Source: Mobula hypostoma (Eukaryota). From it: a stretch of 64,000 bases of DNA. Positions 1-14,399 of this stretch are shown piece after piece. Location: contig NC_086097.1 of NCBI RefSeq assembly GCF_963921235.1, positions 58,902,001 to 58,966,000 on the forward strand, in the 5' to 3' direction. The translations under genes were made by a program, and so were the position numbers. How positions within the stretch are numbered: the first letter of the stretch is position 1; the number at the start of each line of letters is the position of its first letter. The notes beneath the pieces are model-generated. The model ran no database searches, was not told where the DNA came from, and saw only the letters and a program-made list of their open reading frames with translations.

Positions 1-590
1 TGCATTTGCCTTCGTCAACCGTGGGATTGAGTTTAAGAGCTGAGAGGTAATATTACAACTATTTAGGACCCTGGTCAAACCCCACTTGGAGTACTGTGCT
101 CAGTTCTGGTCACCTCACTACAAGAAGGATGTGGAAACTATAGAAAGGGTGGAGAGGAGAATTACAAGGATGTTGCCTGGATTGGGGAGCATGCCTTATG
201 AGAATAGATTGAATAAACTCAGACTTTTCTCCTTGGAGAGACGGAGGATGAGAGGTGACCTGATAGAGGTGGATAAGATGATGAGAGGCATTGATCGTGG
301 GGATAGTCAGAGGCTTTTTCCAGGGTTGAAATGGCTAACACAAGAGGGCACAGTTTTAAGGTGATTGGAAGAAGGTGCAGAGGAGATGTCAGGGATAATT
401 TTTTTACACAGAGTTGTGAGTGCATGGAATAGGCTGCTGGCGATGGTGGTGGAGGTGGATATGACAGGGTCCTTTAAGAGACACCTGGACAGGTACATGG
501 AGCTTAGAAAAATAGAGCAAGTACATGTTTGGCATAGCATTGTGGGCCGAAGGGCCTGTATTGTGCTGTGAGTTTTCTCTGTTTCTATTC
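1..590 (+). mobile_element. CR1-clade LINE, 3' end of ORF2 and 3' UTR (runs off window start)
   Basis: Translation EYCAQFWSPHYKKDVETIERVERR..RRMRGDLIEV and FLHRVVSAWNRL matches the conserved CR1 ORF2 C-terminus; frameshifted. Confidence 0.9.
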
Positions 591-592
591 CA

Positions 593-922
593 CCATGATG
601 CACACCAACATCCCCTTAGGTCCCTTAATGATGGCCCGTTCCGAGTTTTCGAATAGAGAGAAAAGACTTTTATCAGAGATAGGAGTGGTAAACCTGAATG
701 TGTTTCGGTAGATCGCCTTAAACGGGCTCACAAAAACTTGAAGAATTCTGCTACCGAGCCCCTGCCACCAAGACATGACCATGAGTGTGTCAACACCCCT
801 CTGGACAAGCCAGCAGCTTCTGCTGTTCCTTCACTCCTGGAACATAGGACTCAGACCGAGCGGCTTATTGGAGCTCCAGACAGATTCACAATGCCAGTTC
901 TAGTGAATTCTGAGGGTACCTA
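593..922 (+). mobile_element. Gypsy/Ty3 LTR retrotransposon remnant, integrase C-terminal GPY/F module
   Basis: Plus-strand reading from about 594 gives HDAHQHPLRSLNDGPFRVFE*REKTFIRDRSGKPECVSVDRLKRAH, resembling the GPF..VSxDRLK motif; an LTR-like segment follows directly. Confidence 0.7.
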
Positions 923-1139
923 TGTAGGGTAATGTAATTGTTGGAAATGTATATAATTCACAGCCTCCGATGTTGAGTTGGGATTCACTTTAAGAGGCTG
1001 GTGTGACGTAATGATGAATTACTGTGAAGCTCTGCTGCTGCGCTTTTTGTGTTCAGTGTTTGGAGTACAAATAAACAAATTGTTACCGTTTTTCTTTAAC
1101 ATGAAATGCCTCCGCTGCTTTTATTTTCAAAAACCTACA
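923..1139 (+). mobile_element. Gypsy 3' LTR (217 bp)
   Basis: Begins TGTAGG and ends CCTACA (6-bp terminal inverted repeat, TG..CA); internal AATAAA near 1070; lies just downstream of the integrase remnant. Confidence 0.65.
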
Positions 1140-1975
1140 CTGTACACCTCCTTGTCACTATCTGAGATTCTGCCAACAGCTGTGGGTCATAGGTGAATGA
1201 CAGCTTTTGAGCTGTGCCTCAGCACAAAATCATGAGTGCAGAGAGAATCAAGCATTGTGCTAAACAAGCACCCTTGTTGATTGTCAGTGAGGAGGTGTTA
1301 TTTCTGATCTGCACTGACTGTGGTCACCCGATGAGGAAATCATGGTCCAATGCCAGAGAGAGGTATAAAGGCCAAGATTTTGATTAGTACTGAAGGGATG
1401 ATGTTATTGAATGCTGAGCTATAATAAGTAAACAGCAGCCTGACGTATTGCTGTTGTCCGTGTAGTCCAAGGATGAAATAGAGAGCCAGTGAGATTACAC
1501 CCACTCGAGACCTGTTGTGGGAATAGGCAAATTGAAATGGGTCCAGGTCCTTGCTCAGGTAGGGCTTAAATCTAGCTATGACTAACCCCTCAAAGCATTC
1601 ATCACAGTAGATGTGAGTGCTACTGGGTGAAAGACATTGGGGCAGCTCAACCTGCTGTTCCTGGGCACTGATTGATGTCCTTTTGAAGCAGGTAGGAATC
1701 TCTGACTGCAGCAATGAGAGGTTGAAGATGTCCTTGAACACTCCAGCCAGCTGGTTGGCACAGGTTTTCAGTACTCTGCCAGATACCATCAGGGTCTGAT
1801 GCCTTGCAAGGGAAGCTTTACCCACTTGAAAGATGTTCTGATGCCGGCTTCTGAGAAAGATATCACAGGATCACCAGATGCTTCAGGGACTCACACAGGT
1901 ATTGTTCTATTCTCCCTTCCAAAGTAGGCATAAGAAGCATTGAGCTCATCAGGAAATGAATCATCACTGCCATTA
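1140..1975 (-). mobile_element. Rex1/Babar LINE, RT fragment
   Basis: ORF 1340-1825 has [44 protein letters not shown] and [18 protein letters not shown]. Confidence 0.85.
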
Positions 1976-2009
1976 TGATGTTAGGTTTTGGCTCATAAGT
2001 AGTAATAGA

Positions 2010-4698
2010 CAAAATGGCGCTGATAAGTGGCAACTTTTTGCATGCAGCTCCGATGGGAATCATCAAATATTCCTATTTATGGCTACTATAGCTGAAACCT
2101 CATTACAGTCATGGGTTCTTCAGTAAACAATTTCGTTTTACGATGTTTAAAAAAATCTATCCATACTCATCATCAGTGGATCCTGGCATGTTGGCTTGGA
2201 TCATGAGGGCAATTCCTCTTCAAGAAAATGGAAGCAAGTCTATAGGTATGATTAAAATGCTGAGGCCTTAGACCACCTTTTGGCAAATGTACAGTCTCTG
2301 CTTAATAAAATTGAAGACGTCAGAGCAAGATTGCAGTACTAGAGGGACATCTGGGACTGCTGTGTACTTTGCTTCAAGGAAACGTGGCTCACATCCACAA
2401 TTTCGGCTGTAGTGCTGCAGCCCAAACTTCACCAATCTCCACTAACACAAGACAGTTGAGTCTTCTAAAGATGAAGGAGTTGGAGAATGCTTTCTTCTTC
2501 TTCTATATTATGTATTGCATTGAACTGCTGCTATTAAGTTAGCAAATTTCATGACACATGCTGGTGATAATAAACCTGATTCTGATTCTTTATGATTAAC
2601 TCATTGCAGTGCATAGACGTGGCAGTTCTGTCTTGATCCTACTCACCCAACCTGGAATATCTAGTGGTTAAATATTGACCATTTCATCTGCTGAGGGACT
2701 TTTCCACCATCATCCATTTGCGGTGTATATTCCACCTCTGACCAGCATCAGGAAGGCACTGGAGGAGCTGAGCACCATGAGCTGCAGTCATGAAACAAAT
2801 GCCTTCCCTATTATCACTGTGGATTTCATTCAGGCCAGCTTGAAAAAGTCTCTGAACAACTACCACCAAGATATCACCTATGAAACTAGTAGAGCCAACA
2901 CACTTGACCACTGTTACACCACCATCAAAAACACTTACTATTGCATCCCACTTTGGAAAGTCCGATCACCTGGCTGGCCTTCCACTCCAACGTATAGGCA
3001 AAGACTAAAGACTGCAGCATCAATGGTGAGGACCAAGAAGGTATTGTCAAGGGAGGCAGAGAAGCGCATACAGGACTGTTCTGAACAGTGGATTGGACAA
3101 TATTCAGGAATTCAGCTTCAAATTAATACGAATATGCCATCGTTTGCGCTGATTTTATCAAGAACTACATCGATGATCTTGTGTCTTCAAGAATGTACCA
3201 GACATACCCAAGCAAATAGCAATGGATGAACCGGGAGACTCATAGCCTGCTGGGGGCTTGATCTGTAGTATTCAAGACCAATGACCCGGAACTATACAAG
3301 AATACCATGTACAATCTATGAAAGGTTATTTTAAAAGCAAATAAATGACTCTAGTTGAAGTTAGAGACAGAACTGGATCACTCCCACATGAGCTCAACGT
3401 CCTTTATGAAAACTTTAAGAGGGAGAATACAACTACAACTGTGTGACCATGTGATCTCTGTCTTGGAGGCTGCTGTCAAGACACCTTTCTAAAGGGTGAA
3501 CTCTCACAACACACCAGGGCCTGTTAGTGTAGCTGGTAGAAAACCTGAACAAACCCACTGGCAGATATGTTTCGGACATCTTCAATCTCTCACTGTTGCA
3601 GTCAAAGGTTCCCACCTGCTTCAAAAGGGCAACAATCACACCAGTGCCCAAGAAAAGCAATGTGAGCTGCATCAATGACTATATCCCAGTTGCAATCTAC
3701 TGTGATGAAGTGCTTTGAGAGGTTGGTCATGGCCGGAATCAATTCCTGCCTAAGCAAGGATCTGGACCCACTGCAATTTGTCTACCACCAAAATAGGTCG
3801 ATAGCAAATGCAATCTCCCTGCTCGCCACTCGGCCTTGGGTCACCTGGACAATAACAATACTAACATCAGTTTGCTGAATATTGATTACAGCTCAGTGTT
3901 TAACACAATTATAGACTCAGTTCTAATCAACAAGCTCCTGGGGTTCTGTGTCTCCCTCTGCAACCAGATCCTTGACTTCCTCACCAGGATACCACAGTCA
4001 GTGCAGATCCAAAATAATTTCTCCTGCTCGCTGGCAATTAACACTGGCACACTTCAAGGATGCATGCTTAGCCCGCTGCTCTACTCCCATGATTTTGTGG
4101 CTAGGCACAGCTCCTGGGCTGAACATACTGGGGAAATTACAATGAAATCATGACAACGGCTATATTTCATTAGGAATTTGAGGAGACTAGGATGTCACCA
4201 AAGACTCTTGCAGATTTCTATAGAAGTAGCGTGGAGAGCATTCTGACAAGTTGCATCACCACCTGGTATGGAGGGGCCACTGCTCAGGAACAGAAAAAAC
4301 TGTATGAAGTTGTAAACTCAGCCAGCTCCATCATGGGAACTAGACTCCCCTGAATATAGGACACCTTCAAAAGGTGAAGCTTCAAAAAAGACAGCATCCA
4401 AAAAAGACATGCCCTCTTCTCATTGTTACCATCAATGAGGTGGTACAGGAAAACACACACTGAAACTTTCAGGAACAACTCTTTCCCTTCGCCATCAGAT
4501 TTCTGAATGGACAATGAAGCCACAAACACTACCTTACTATTTTATTTTGCTCTCTTTGTGCTGTGCTTATTTAATTTATATATATATATATATATACACA
4601 TCTCTTTGTAATTTATATATTTTTATTATTATGTATTGAACTGTGCTGCTGCCACAAATTTCGCAACGTCTGTCAGTGATAGTAGACCTGATCCTGAA
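2010..4698 (+). mobile_element. Rex1/Babar LINE, decayed (APE endonuclease + RT + 3' tail)
   Basis: AVYIPP, DFIQASLK and TLDHCYTTIKN (endonuclease); [19 protein letters not shown] and DYSSVFNTII (RT); ends GACCTGATCCTGA; many stops and frameshifts. Confidence 0.85.
2494..2588 (+). mobile_element. Short Rex-type 3' tail nested in the Rex endonuclease region
   Basis: TATGTATTGCATTGAACTGCTGC..AATAAACCTGATTCTGATTC matches the 3' end of the Rex copy at 23075-23160 and interrupts the GGVCFMIN-like codons. Confidence 0.7.
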
Positions 4699-4699
4699 C

Positions 4700-5180
4700 C
4701 CTGCCTAGTTGTTGTACATCCAATTTGCTTCCTAACTTCATTTGGTAGCCTTCCATAAGTCAGACTTGGACTTCTAGATCACCAGTCCTGAATGCCACAG
4801 GTTTAGCCCTCAACAGACTGTGAATCTTGTGGCTCCTCCACAGCTTTTGGTTTGGGTAGGTCCAGTATGTTCTCGAAGGCACACACTCATCCATACAGGT
4901 CTTGATGGAGTTAGTGAATGTTCGTGGTCCAGTCCACTGATTCAAAACTTTTCTGAAGCGCTCCTCCGCTTCTCTTGACCATACCATTGTGGTCCTCACT
5001 ACAGATGCTGTGATCCTTAGTCTCTACCTAAATGCCAGTTGTAGAAGTACAGCCAGGTGATCATACTTACCCAAGTGTGGGCGGGGGATGGCACGGTAAG
5101 AATTTTTAATGGTGGTATAACAGTGGTTAAATGTGTTTGCTTCTCCGGTTCCACATGGGAAATGCTGTTGGTAATTGGTC
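4700..5180 (-). mobile_element. Rex1/Babar LINE fragment (endonuclease/linker region)
   Basis: NTFNHCYTTIKNSYRAIPRPHLGKYDHLAVLL and VWSREAEER; opposite orientation to the preceding copy. Confidence 0.8.
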
Positions 5181-6484
5181 AAAGAATATAACGGGCATTT
5201 GGCAGACAGCAAGTTGAAGGGGGAATAGGACTGATGGGATTGTTCTGATTGAAGCTGCTACCACAGATCAAATGGGCCGTGTGGCTTCCATTAGTATTGT
5301 AATAACTAATGATAATTCTAATCCCGTGAATACTTGAGAGATCAGTAGAAATTTTTGAGTGGATGTATCTTGATAACGCTTCCATTGTTCATTCCCTATT
5401 TTCTGTATTTCATCACTGCCTTGAAAAAATAATTTATGGTTATATATAAAAATCTGCAGGAATATTTTCTCTTGATATCTTAAAATCTATATTTTGAGAA
5501 GCATTAAATGCATCTAATGTGAATGAAGAATTGATAATGTGAATAAAGAAATAGAAAATAAGCTTTCTGGTATTGCAATTTCAGACTTGAGTTAATACTC
5601 GTAATTCTCTACATAGGAGTTTCAATGCTCATCTAACCATAATTTCCCTTTTCCATTTCATACAAAAGATTTTCAAAGTGGAAAAAAAATGGAAAATCTA
5701 TTTTGCATTCTCATTGTTTCTCTATTTGATTTCAAAGTCCCTGATTGATATTTCACAAATGTAACATCGGTGATGTTTTATAGTGTGTTGTAAACTACAG
5801 CTCATCCAAAATATTTCTTTCCTTATCCTAACTCACTCTAAATCCAGCTCACCCACTGAAAATGACAGATTAAGATTGACATCTCTTTGACAATGTACCA
5901 GCTGTAATATTCTCATTCTAATTGTCAGATCCTTTCATGCCTTCTCCCCTTTCTAGATCTATGACCCTTAGCAATTATTAAGTTTCCTCAGTTCTGGCCA
6001 AATGCACATCTTCGATTTCTTTACCACACCATTAACAGCAACACCCTCAATTGGCAAAATTCAAGAAGTCAGTAAATCTTTCCCTGTTCCTCTCCTATCT
6101 ACTTCTCCCTCTGCCTTTTTAAACCCTCATTATTTTACCAGGCCTTTATCCTTTAATTTTAATATTCCGTGCAGTTATATCTAATATTGCCCTTGTGCGG
6201 CACCCCAGGACAGTTGGTTATGTTAAAAATGTTACATAAATGCAACAATGGCACCTCTCAGCCTTTACCCTATTGTAGGTGTTTAATAAACATGAAGACT
6301 TCAATTGGCGTCTCCCAAGCCATCCTCCTCATTCTTCTTGGGCAGTCACTTTAGACTGATGATGAGTTGCTACCTCTCCGGTTCTTTGGCTGATGAGGTA
6401 AAAGTGGGAACTGCTGATGGAACAGCAATGGGACTGGAGGTGCTTGATACATGGGCAAGTAGTTTGGAAGGTAATTAGCTCACA

Positions 6485-8317
6485 AAGTGAGCAATATCAC
6501 CCCCTGGGGATGGTGGGAGTTTCTAAGGGGGTGATAAATATAAAGGGGGTGGTGGAGGGGTGTGCTGAGTAGCAAGGGGGGGGGCAGCTGAGATATTTCA
6601 GGCATAATTTAGGAAATAAGTAACTTATTGTAAGCAATTGATACTCCATCCCTCATAACTGATTGCAATGATCACATAATCACTTCATCTCTTGCTAACC
6701 CAACCTTCTTTTGGACTTTGCTTGAAGTATGTTATAGTTGTTGGAAAGCAATGCGACACTTCTCTTTTTGGAATATCATGAGAAATCTGGACTGAAGAAA
6801 TAGTGTTATTTCTGGGTTTGGCCCATGCATTATTGCCACTCACTGCTATAGAACAGTGTAGGTTAGTACAATTCCCATACTCTCATCACACAGTGATGGA
6901 ATTCCTATGAACTAGGGCATGACATTCAGTGCGATAAGGTTCAGAATCTGCCCTTTCAAATGGTCTTGTCCACAACCTAACCAATATATCTCTACCGTGC
7001 TTTATGTATCCTCAGGTAGAGAGTCAGGTTTTGCCTGAGCTATGTTGACTTCATTACTTTCCCCTTTGTTGATCGCCGTGCTTGAAGTTGGGCATAAATG
7101 AAAAGCCATTTGCTTATTAACGTGGTAATTAATCCATAATGAAAATGGGATAAGATGACCAAATTAAAAATAAATGTTGACGGTATTGTGTGAAGTATCT
7201 GAGATATGGATTTATACCAGCACCAGGCAACAAACAGCAGCCAATGTGTTTATTATGTGAAAAAGACTTTTTCTTCAAATGAGACAATGAAACCACCCAG
7301 GTTCTTTGAACACTTAAAGAGAATACATTCTGATAAAGCAAATAAGAACATGGCTTAACTTCAGTCACTTTGTGAAAACCTTTAGAAATGGATAACAATT
7401 TGAAACATGTTTGCTAGCACTTCACAATAAAACAGTGATGGCTTGCGTGCTTCATGCAACATTTTGTTGCTCATTGCTAAATCTGAAAAACCCAAAAATT
7501 AGAAAAGAACCGATTTTTTCCAGCAGTAAAGGGGGCTCTGAGTACAGTTTTGCATAAATCACCAGACCCAGTAATTAAAGTGATTCCATTCAGCAACACC
7601 ACTGTTCAAAGATGAATAGATGAAATATCTGAAACTGTAGAAGAGACATTATAGAAGATTCTTAGGATAACATAATTTGCTCTGTAGTTGGGTGAATTAA
7701 TTTTGTCAGGGAATAATTCTTGCCTTCTTGATTATGTTTGCTTCAAAAAAGATAAAAGCCTGGTTCAAGAGTTATTATTTGCAAGGGGACTAAAAATAGA
7801 TATGAAGGAGAGTCAATATTTTGGGTTGTTGATCAATTTTTCAAAAGAGCAGGACATTCTGTTCACCAGTATTCTTGCTTGTGCAACAGGTGGGACACCA
7901 TTAATGATGTGCAATTTGCATCATTAAGGACTGGAAATTATTGAACATGGGGATCTGAGTCTCCTGCTGACTGACATTCATCCTGACGTCGAGAAGCTGA
8001 TTCACTACAACAAGACGATCCACCTTACTGAAAGGTGAGAAGCAATGACGTAGTGCATAGTTGGACTACACACATTTTTGATTAAAATAGTTATATTGCA
8101 ATTAAAGGAAATAATTTTAGTTACAGCTTTAAATAGATTTGAATATTTTTGCAATTATTTGTCACTGCTTTAAATTATCTGTTCCTATTTTCTTTCACCA
8201 TGCATCATAAATCAAAATTCTTTATAGCTTTTATGTAATCGCTGGAAAGGGAGAGGACACTGGAAATATGGACTGGGAGCCAAGGGGCAGTAACACAAAA
8301 ATGTTTGGGAAGCACTG
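6485..8317 (+). mobile_element. hAT (Charlie/Buster-type) DNA transposon fossil, internally deleted
   Basis: From about 7170 reads YCVKYLRYGFIPAPGNKQQPMCLLCEK..SNETMKP..EHLKRIHS (BED finger), later IPFSNTTVQR*IDE and ILACATGGTPLM; right end TGTTTGGGAAGCACTG is a Charlie-like TIR. Left boundary approximate. Confidence 0.8.
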
Positions 8318-8329
8318 ATTTACACCTCC

Positions 8330-9110
8330 CACCATTAATGGCAGATGTGCACAAAATAATGCAATGTGCACAAAATGCATTGCCTTGCAGTTCTCACTGC
8401 CAATCCCATTGCTACTCCTCCACATTGAACGGTTATTGGAAACATTGCACTCTAAGGCAGCTATCAGAACATCCTTTAATTTCTTTCCATGACAGAGCTC
8501 TGAACATGCAAATATTGTTGCAAACACTGACATGGCAACATGAATGTAATGCAAGCTCAATACTCAGCCTGTGAGAGGTCACTGACGTTAATTTATTTAT
8601 CTTGCCAGTGAACGTGGAAGATTTTGCAGACATTGGTGTCTCCAGTTCTATGCGGCACCTTCTGTAAGTAACCCAAGTCTCAGAAACATACAAGATATGA
8701 CTGTGGTCTGATAGTCCTGATGATCTGAGGTTTGAGGTCTGAGATTTTGAGCTCCAACTGCTCTTTCCCTTGAACAGCGAAACACTGCACAAGTGCTTTT
8801 TTAGGCCATAAATCTTCTGTTGGACCTTAGCATGTAAGTGCCTGCAGAATTGTTCCTGCTTTGTAACTGGTCCCAAAGATAATTTTCTCTACCCACTAGC
8901 AGATGAACTTTGAACTAAGTGTTAATGATATGAGTGCTCTGGGATCTTACTGATTATCAGGGAATCCATTAAGCAGGTTTAAGGTGCTTTGTCAATAGAA
9001 AGAGTGTGAATGGACAAACTTGCAAATCTTCTTTCTGTCAAATTGATGAAAGGGGAGAAAGGCACGCTGTTCTTCTTTGATGCTGGGGGGTTTCCAAGGC
9101 CTTTTTAACA
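8330..9110 (-). mobile_element. Old RTE-clade LINE fragment (RT C-terminus)
   Basis: ORF 8433-8876 contains ILYVSETWVTYRR, resembling the RTE motif LLYGxETW; heavily decayed. Confidence 0.6.
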
Positions 9111-9334
9111 AAAAAAAGAAAAACTAAATTATTTATAAAGTAAGAATATAATTCCTACTTTTATGCCTTGGAAAACAGGGAGGTAGTTAGAATTCTGTGG
9201 GAACAATGAAGCTTCCAACAAGTCTGCAGATTTTGTGTAGAAATGTGTATGCTTTAATTACTAGAAAAGCACTAGATAGTTAACTATCACTTATTATTCA
9301 TTCCTTTCTCTCTGGATATATTTCGGATAAGATA

Positions 9335-12300
9335 GTGCTCAATCTAGTTTCCACAGACCCTTATAAAAGGGATAGCTTGCACTTGAATCAAAGGGGGACC
9401 AATATTCTTTTGGTTAGGCTTACTAGAGCTGTTGGGAGTGGTCTAAACTATTATGTCAGGAGGATGGGAACCTGCATGATAGAGCTGAGGATGAGCCAGC
9501 AGGTTTACAAGCGAATGATGGGTGTAACATGAATGTAAGGAAGGACAAGTCAATGACTGGGTACAAATGCAGACAGAGCAAAGAGTTAAATTGTACCACA
9601 GAGACAAAATTCAAAAGGGCAAAGAATGCAGTATTGAAAGTGCTGTAACTAAATGCACATAGCATTCGGAACAAGGTGGACAAACTCTTGGTGCAGTTAG
9701 AGTTTGGACGGTATGAAGTTGTGGGTATCACTGAGTCCTGACTGAAAAAAGGCCATAATTGGGAGCTTAATATCAAACGATATACTTTGGAAAGGACAAG
9801 CAGAACGGCATTAGCAGATATGTGGTTCTGTTGGTAAGTGATGGAATTACATCTTTAGGAAGAAGGGACATAGGGTTAGATAATGTCTAATCTTTGAGGG
9901 TGGAGTTAAGGAAACTGCAAGGATAAAAAAAAATATTATGGGAATTGTATATAGGCCTCCAAATAGTAGCCAAGGTGTGGGGTTGAGATTGCAAAGAGAG
10001 CTTGAAAAGGCATGCAATAAGGGTAATGTCACAAATGTAATGGGGACTTCAGTATATATAAGGGGATTGAGAAATCAGGTTGGTGGCAGATCACAAGAGA
10101 GGGAACTTGTTGAATGCCTACAAGGTACTCTTTTAGAGCAGCTTGTGCTTGAGCCCACTCGGGGAAAGGCTATCTTCGATTGGGTGTTGTGTAATAAGCC
10201 AGATCTTATTGGGGGCTTAACGTAAAGGAACCCTTAGGAGACAATGATCAGTGATCACAATATGATGAATCAATATAGTAATTTTAGAAAGAGAAGCTCA
10301 GGTCTCATGTATCACAATGGAACAAAGGGAATTGCAGAGGCAGAGAGAGGAGCTTGCCCAGGTTGATTGAAGGGAGGATACGGGAAGAACGATGGCAGAG
10401 CAGAGATGACTGAAGTTTCTGGGAATAGTTCTGGGAATAATGTGGCAGGATAGATATGTCCCACAGCAGAAATTGTTCTCAAATAGCAGGGGTAGACAAA
10501 CATGGCTGACAAAGGAAGTTAAGGACTGCATAAAAGACAAGGAAAGGGCATATAAGGTAGCAAATGTGAGTGGGAAGTTGGATGATTGGGAAGCTTTTAA
10601 AATCCAACAAAAGGCAGCTAAAAGCACTATAAGAAGAGAAAAGATGAAATATGAGGGCAGACTAGCCAATAATATGAAGCAGAATACAAAAAGACTTTTC
10701 AGTTATATAAAGAGTAAAAAGGAGATGAGAGTTGATATTGGACCATTGGAAAAAGATGGTGGTGAGGTAGTAATGGGGACAAAGAAATGACAGATAAACT
10801 TAATGGGTACTTTGCATCAGTCTTCACTGTGGAAGACACTAGCAGTGTGCCAGAGGTCCGTGAGTATCAGGAAGTAGGAGTGAGTATCATTGCTATTACA
10901 AAGGAAAAAGTGCTAGACAAAGTCAAATGTGTTAAGGTGGAAAAATCACCTGGACTAGATGGACTACATCCCAGAATCCTGAGAGAGGTTGTTGAAGAGA
11001 TAAAAGATGCATTGATCATGATTTTTCAAAAATCACTTGATCCATGGTTCCGGAGGACTGAAAGATTGCAAATATGATTCCACTCTTTAAGAAGGGAGAA
11101 AGGCAAAAGAAAGGTAATTATAGCCTAACCTCAGTGGCTGGGAAAGTGTTGGAGTCTATTATTAAGGATGATGTTTCAGGGTACTTGGAGACTAATGATA
11201 AAATAAGTCAAAGCCAGCATGGTTTCTGTAAAGGGAAATCTTGTTTGACAAATCTGGCAGAGTTCTTTGAGGAAGTAACTGGCAGGGTGGATAAACGAGA
11301 GGCAGCAGATGTCATTTACTTGGATTTTCACAAGGCGTTTGATAAGGTGCCACACATGAAGCTGCTTAACAAGATAAAATTGTACGGCATTGCAGGAAAG
11401 ATACTGGCACGGATAAAACAATAGCTGACAGGCAGGAAGCAGCAAGTGGGAATAAAGGGGCCTTTCCTGGTGGCTGCCAGTGGCTAGTGGTGTTCCTCAG
11501 GGGTCGGTATTGGGGCCGCTACTTTTCACATTGTTTGTCAATGATAATGGATATGATGCCTTTGTGGCAAAGTTTGCAGATGATATGAAGGTAGGTGGAG
11601 GGTAGGTAGTGTAGAGGAAGCAATGGGATTGCAGCAAGACTTAATCAAGTTGGAAGAATGAGGAAAAAAGTGGCAGATGGAATACTGTGTTGGGAAATGT
11701 GTGATAATGCATTTTGGTAAAAGGAACAATAATGCAGACTATTATGTAATTGGGGAGAAGTTTCAAACATCAGAGGTGCAGAGGGACTTGGTCGTGCAAG
11801 ACTCCTAGAAGGTTAATTTACAGGTTGAGTCTGTGGTAAAGGTGGCAAATGCAATGTTGGCAGTTATTTCAAGGAGAATAAAAAAAAAACAATGAAATAA
11901 TGCTAAGCCTTTATAAGACACTAAACAGACCCACTTGGACTATTGTCAATGATTTTGGGCCCGATATCTCAGAAAGGATGTGTTGTCATTGGAGAGAGTC
12001 CAGAGGAGGTTCATGAGGATGATTCCAAGAATGAAGGGGTTAACAGATGAGGAGAGCTGGCAGCTTTGGGTCTGTACTCACTCGAATTTAGAAGAATGTG
12101 GGGGGGATCTCATTGAAGCCTATCCAATGTTGAAAAGACTAGATAGGGTAGATGTGTAGAGGATGTTTCCTACAGTGGGGATATCCAGAACTAGAGGGCA
12201 CAGCCTCACACCTGAGGAGTGACTTTTTAGAACAGAGCTAAGGAGGAATTTTTTTTATCCAGAGAGTAGTGAATCTGGCCCAGACTGCATTGGAGGCCAA

Positions 12301-12480
12301 GTTTGTGTGTATATTTACGCAGAAGTTGTCAGTTTCCTGATCGGTCAAGGCATCAAAGGATATGGCAAGAAGGCAGGTGTATGGAGTTGAGTGGGATCCA
12401 GGATTAGCCATGATGGAATGGCTGAGCAGACTCGATGGGCTGAATGGCCTAATTCTGCTCCTATGTCTTATGGTCTTATA
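9335..12480 (+). mobile_element. CR1 LINE: end of esterase-type ORF1, most of ORF2, 3' tail
   Basis: YKRDSLHLNQRGTNIL (SGNH-esterase-like ORF1 end); GIVYRPPNS; LNGYFASVFT; QHGFCKGKSCLTNL; YLDFHKAFDKVPH; KFADD near 11570; TCTTATGG-type tail. Confidence 0.9.
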
Positions 12481-14399
12481 GACATGAGTGTGGCATTACA
12501 TTACATCAAAATGTTATGCTTAGCAACAACGGTCAAAAAAAGAACTCCATCTCTTTTCTTATTCAGTTCTAGCAAATGAAATATTAGATTGTAATTAATA
12601 AATAAAAGAACTATTGTTCAAATTGACAATGTAACAAAGGAAAACTGAATGTTCTTGTCCATCATGACCTCTCGGAGGCCATTATCACTGTTTGTTATTC
12701 CATTTTCCTCTAGACTCTTTATACAATTGCTAACTTGGGTGAGTTTACATTCCCCTGGTTCCATTCTTATCCATCTAATTGTAACTAGGAGTTGGCTTGG
12801 TGATCCCATATGATTATCTCTGTTGCCTCACATGGATTAGTCTTCATCACCCTTCCGTAGATGAATCATCAGGTGATAAGTAGTCCATTTCTGCAGTATG
12901 CTTTAAGTTTTTTTCAAGCTGCCTTCAGAGGCTGATAACAAACAGGATTTGTCTGCTATAACATACAGAACAACTACTGTAGCTCTTGTATTGAAGGTAA
13001 GATTATTTTCTGTTTGGTCATACTCCTGGCTGCAATGCTCTGAAACCCAGCAAGGTAAAATTGTGTTCAGTGAGAATTACTAATCTGTCACCTTGTAAAT
13101 TAAATTATCCATTTCAACAAGCTGTCTACGTTTCTAAATGGATATCCAACACAAGACAAGAGTGAAAAACATTGCAAGTATACTGCTAATTTATAAAAAT
13201 TTGTGAACCTCACACCACCATATTAAGACATCACAACTATTATTGCAAAGAGATACCTTAATCCATTGAATCTGCAGTTGCAGTCAATACATTTTAACAG
13301 TAAACAGAGTAATTGAAAGATAGTTTTATTGCCAGTGGACCAGAGGTACTTATACACTACCAGATGTAAAACATTTCTGTTGGTGGTTTTAAATGATATT
13401 TTGTTTGTCACATGCTGTATTTTTGAAGGATTAAAAGCAAAACATAATTTGAAAATATCTGTTTTACCAAAATAATAGGTGCTTAACAATTGGTAGAGTA
13501 ACAGAAAGAAGCAAGAAATTAAAATGGAAGATATTCATTGCATGGTTTATTTAATGCTTGTTTACCAGCTCTCCAATTAAACCAGTCACAAGGCATAAAC
13601 TGGAAATGTTCCTTTTGGGCATAGAAAGACAAGAAGGAAAACAACTGCCCAATACAAGCTGCTGAAACAATTCGCTACTCACCGTCTAACTGGGGATGAC
13701 TATCTGATCTGTAATACAGAACAAAGTATTCCATCAGTCAGAGTATTGGCCTAACACAAAGCCTAACATCCACTGATCAGAAATGCAGTATTTTTCAACA
13801 CATCTTTCAACACAGTAAAGAGAACTGTCTGGTTTTGTACATGTTCTCTCCTTGAAGCTAATGAGAGGTTTGTGACTAAAGATGATTAGCTATTCCATAA
13901 ATCCATAAAATTCTTTTGTCTGTGAATCTCTTCTCCAGATTATTCTGTTACTTTCAAAATGTTAATTGTAACTTTCTGAATGATACCTTCCAGAACCTTG
14001 GAAGGTGCTGAGAAATTCTAGATTACTTTCTCCGAAATTATCTGCAGTCCCAGCAATCCTTACTCAGAGACGTACAGAGAAACGTTAAATTAGTCAGCTT
14101 TAGGAGAGGCGTGTACCCAAATCCAAACTCTTATCAGACAAAGGTGTTTGCATGTCTGCATCTCCTTAGAGTACATCTTTTTTTTATGACATTTGCTCAG
14201 TGAGGAATAGTGATGCCACTTATAGATTAAACTGCCCTTTTCAACAAGCAATGATGGCTCGCTGCGTCCATGTGTAAAGAAACAAAACCCCTTGCTGTTT
14301 ATTTCCTGCATACACACACAATGCTCATGCTGGATGCCTGAGGTTTCAGTCCTCAACACACCCATTGCATGCAACCAGAGGTAGATAAAATCTTGCATT

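Noticed and set aside
12884..12996. Plus-strand coding exon ending at GAAG/GTAAGA
   Set aside because: Good donor, but the frames I checked from nearby acceptors contain stops and no partner exons were found.
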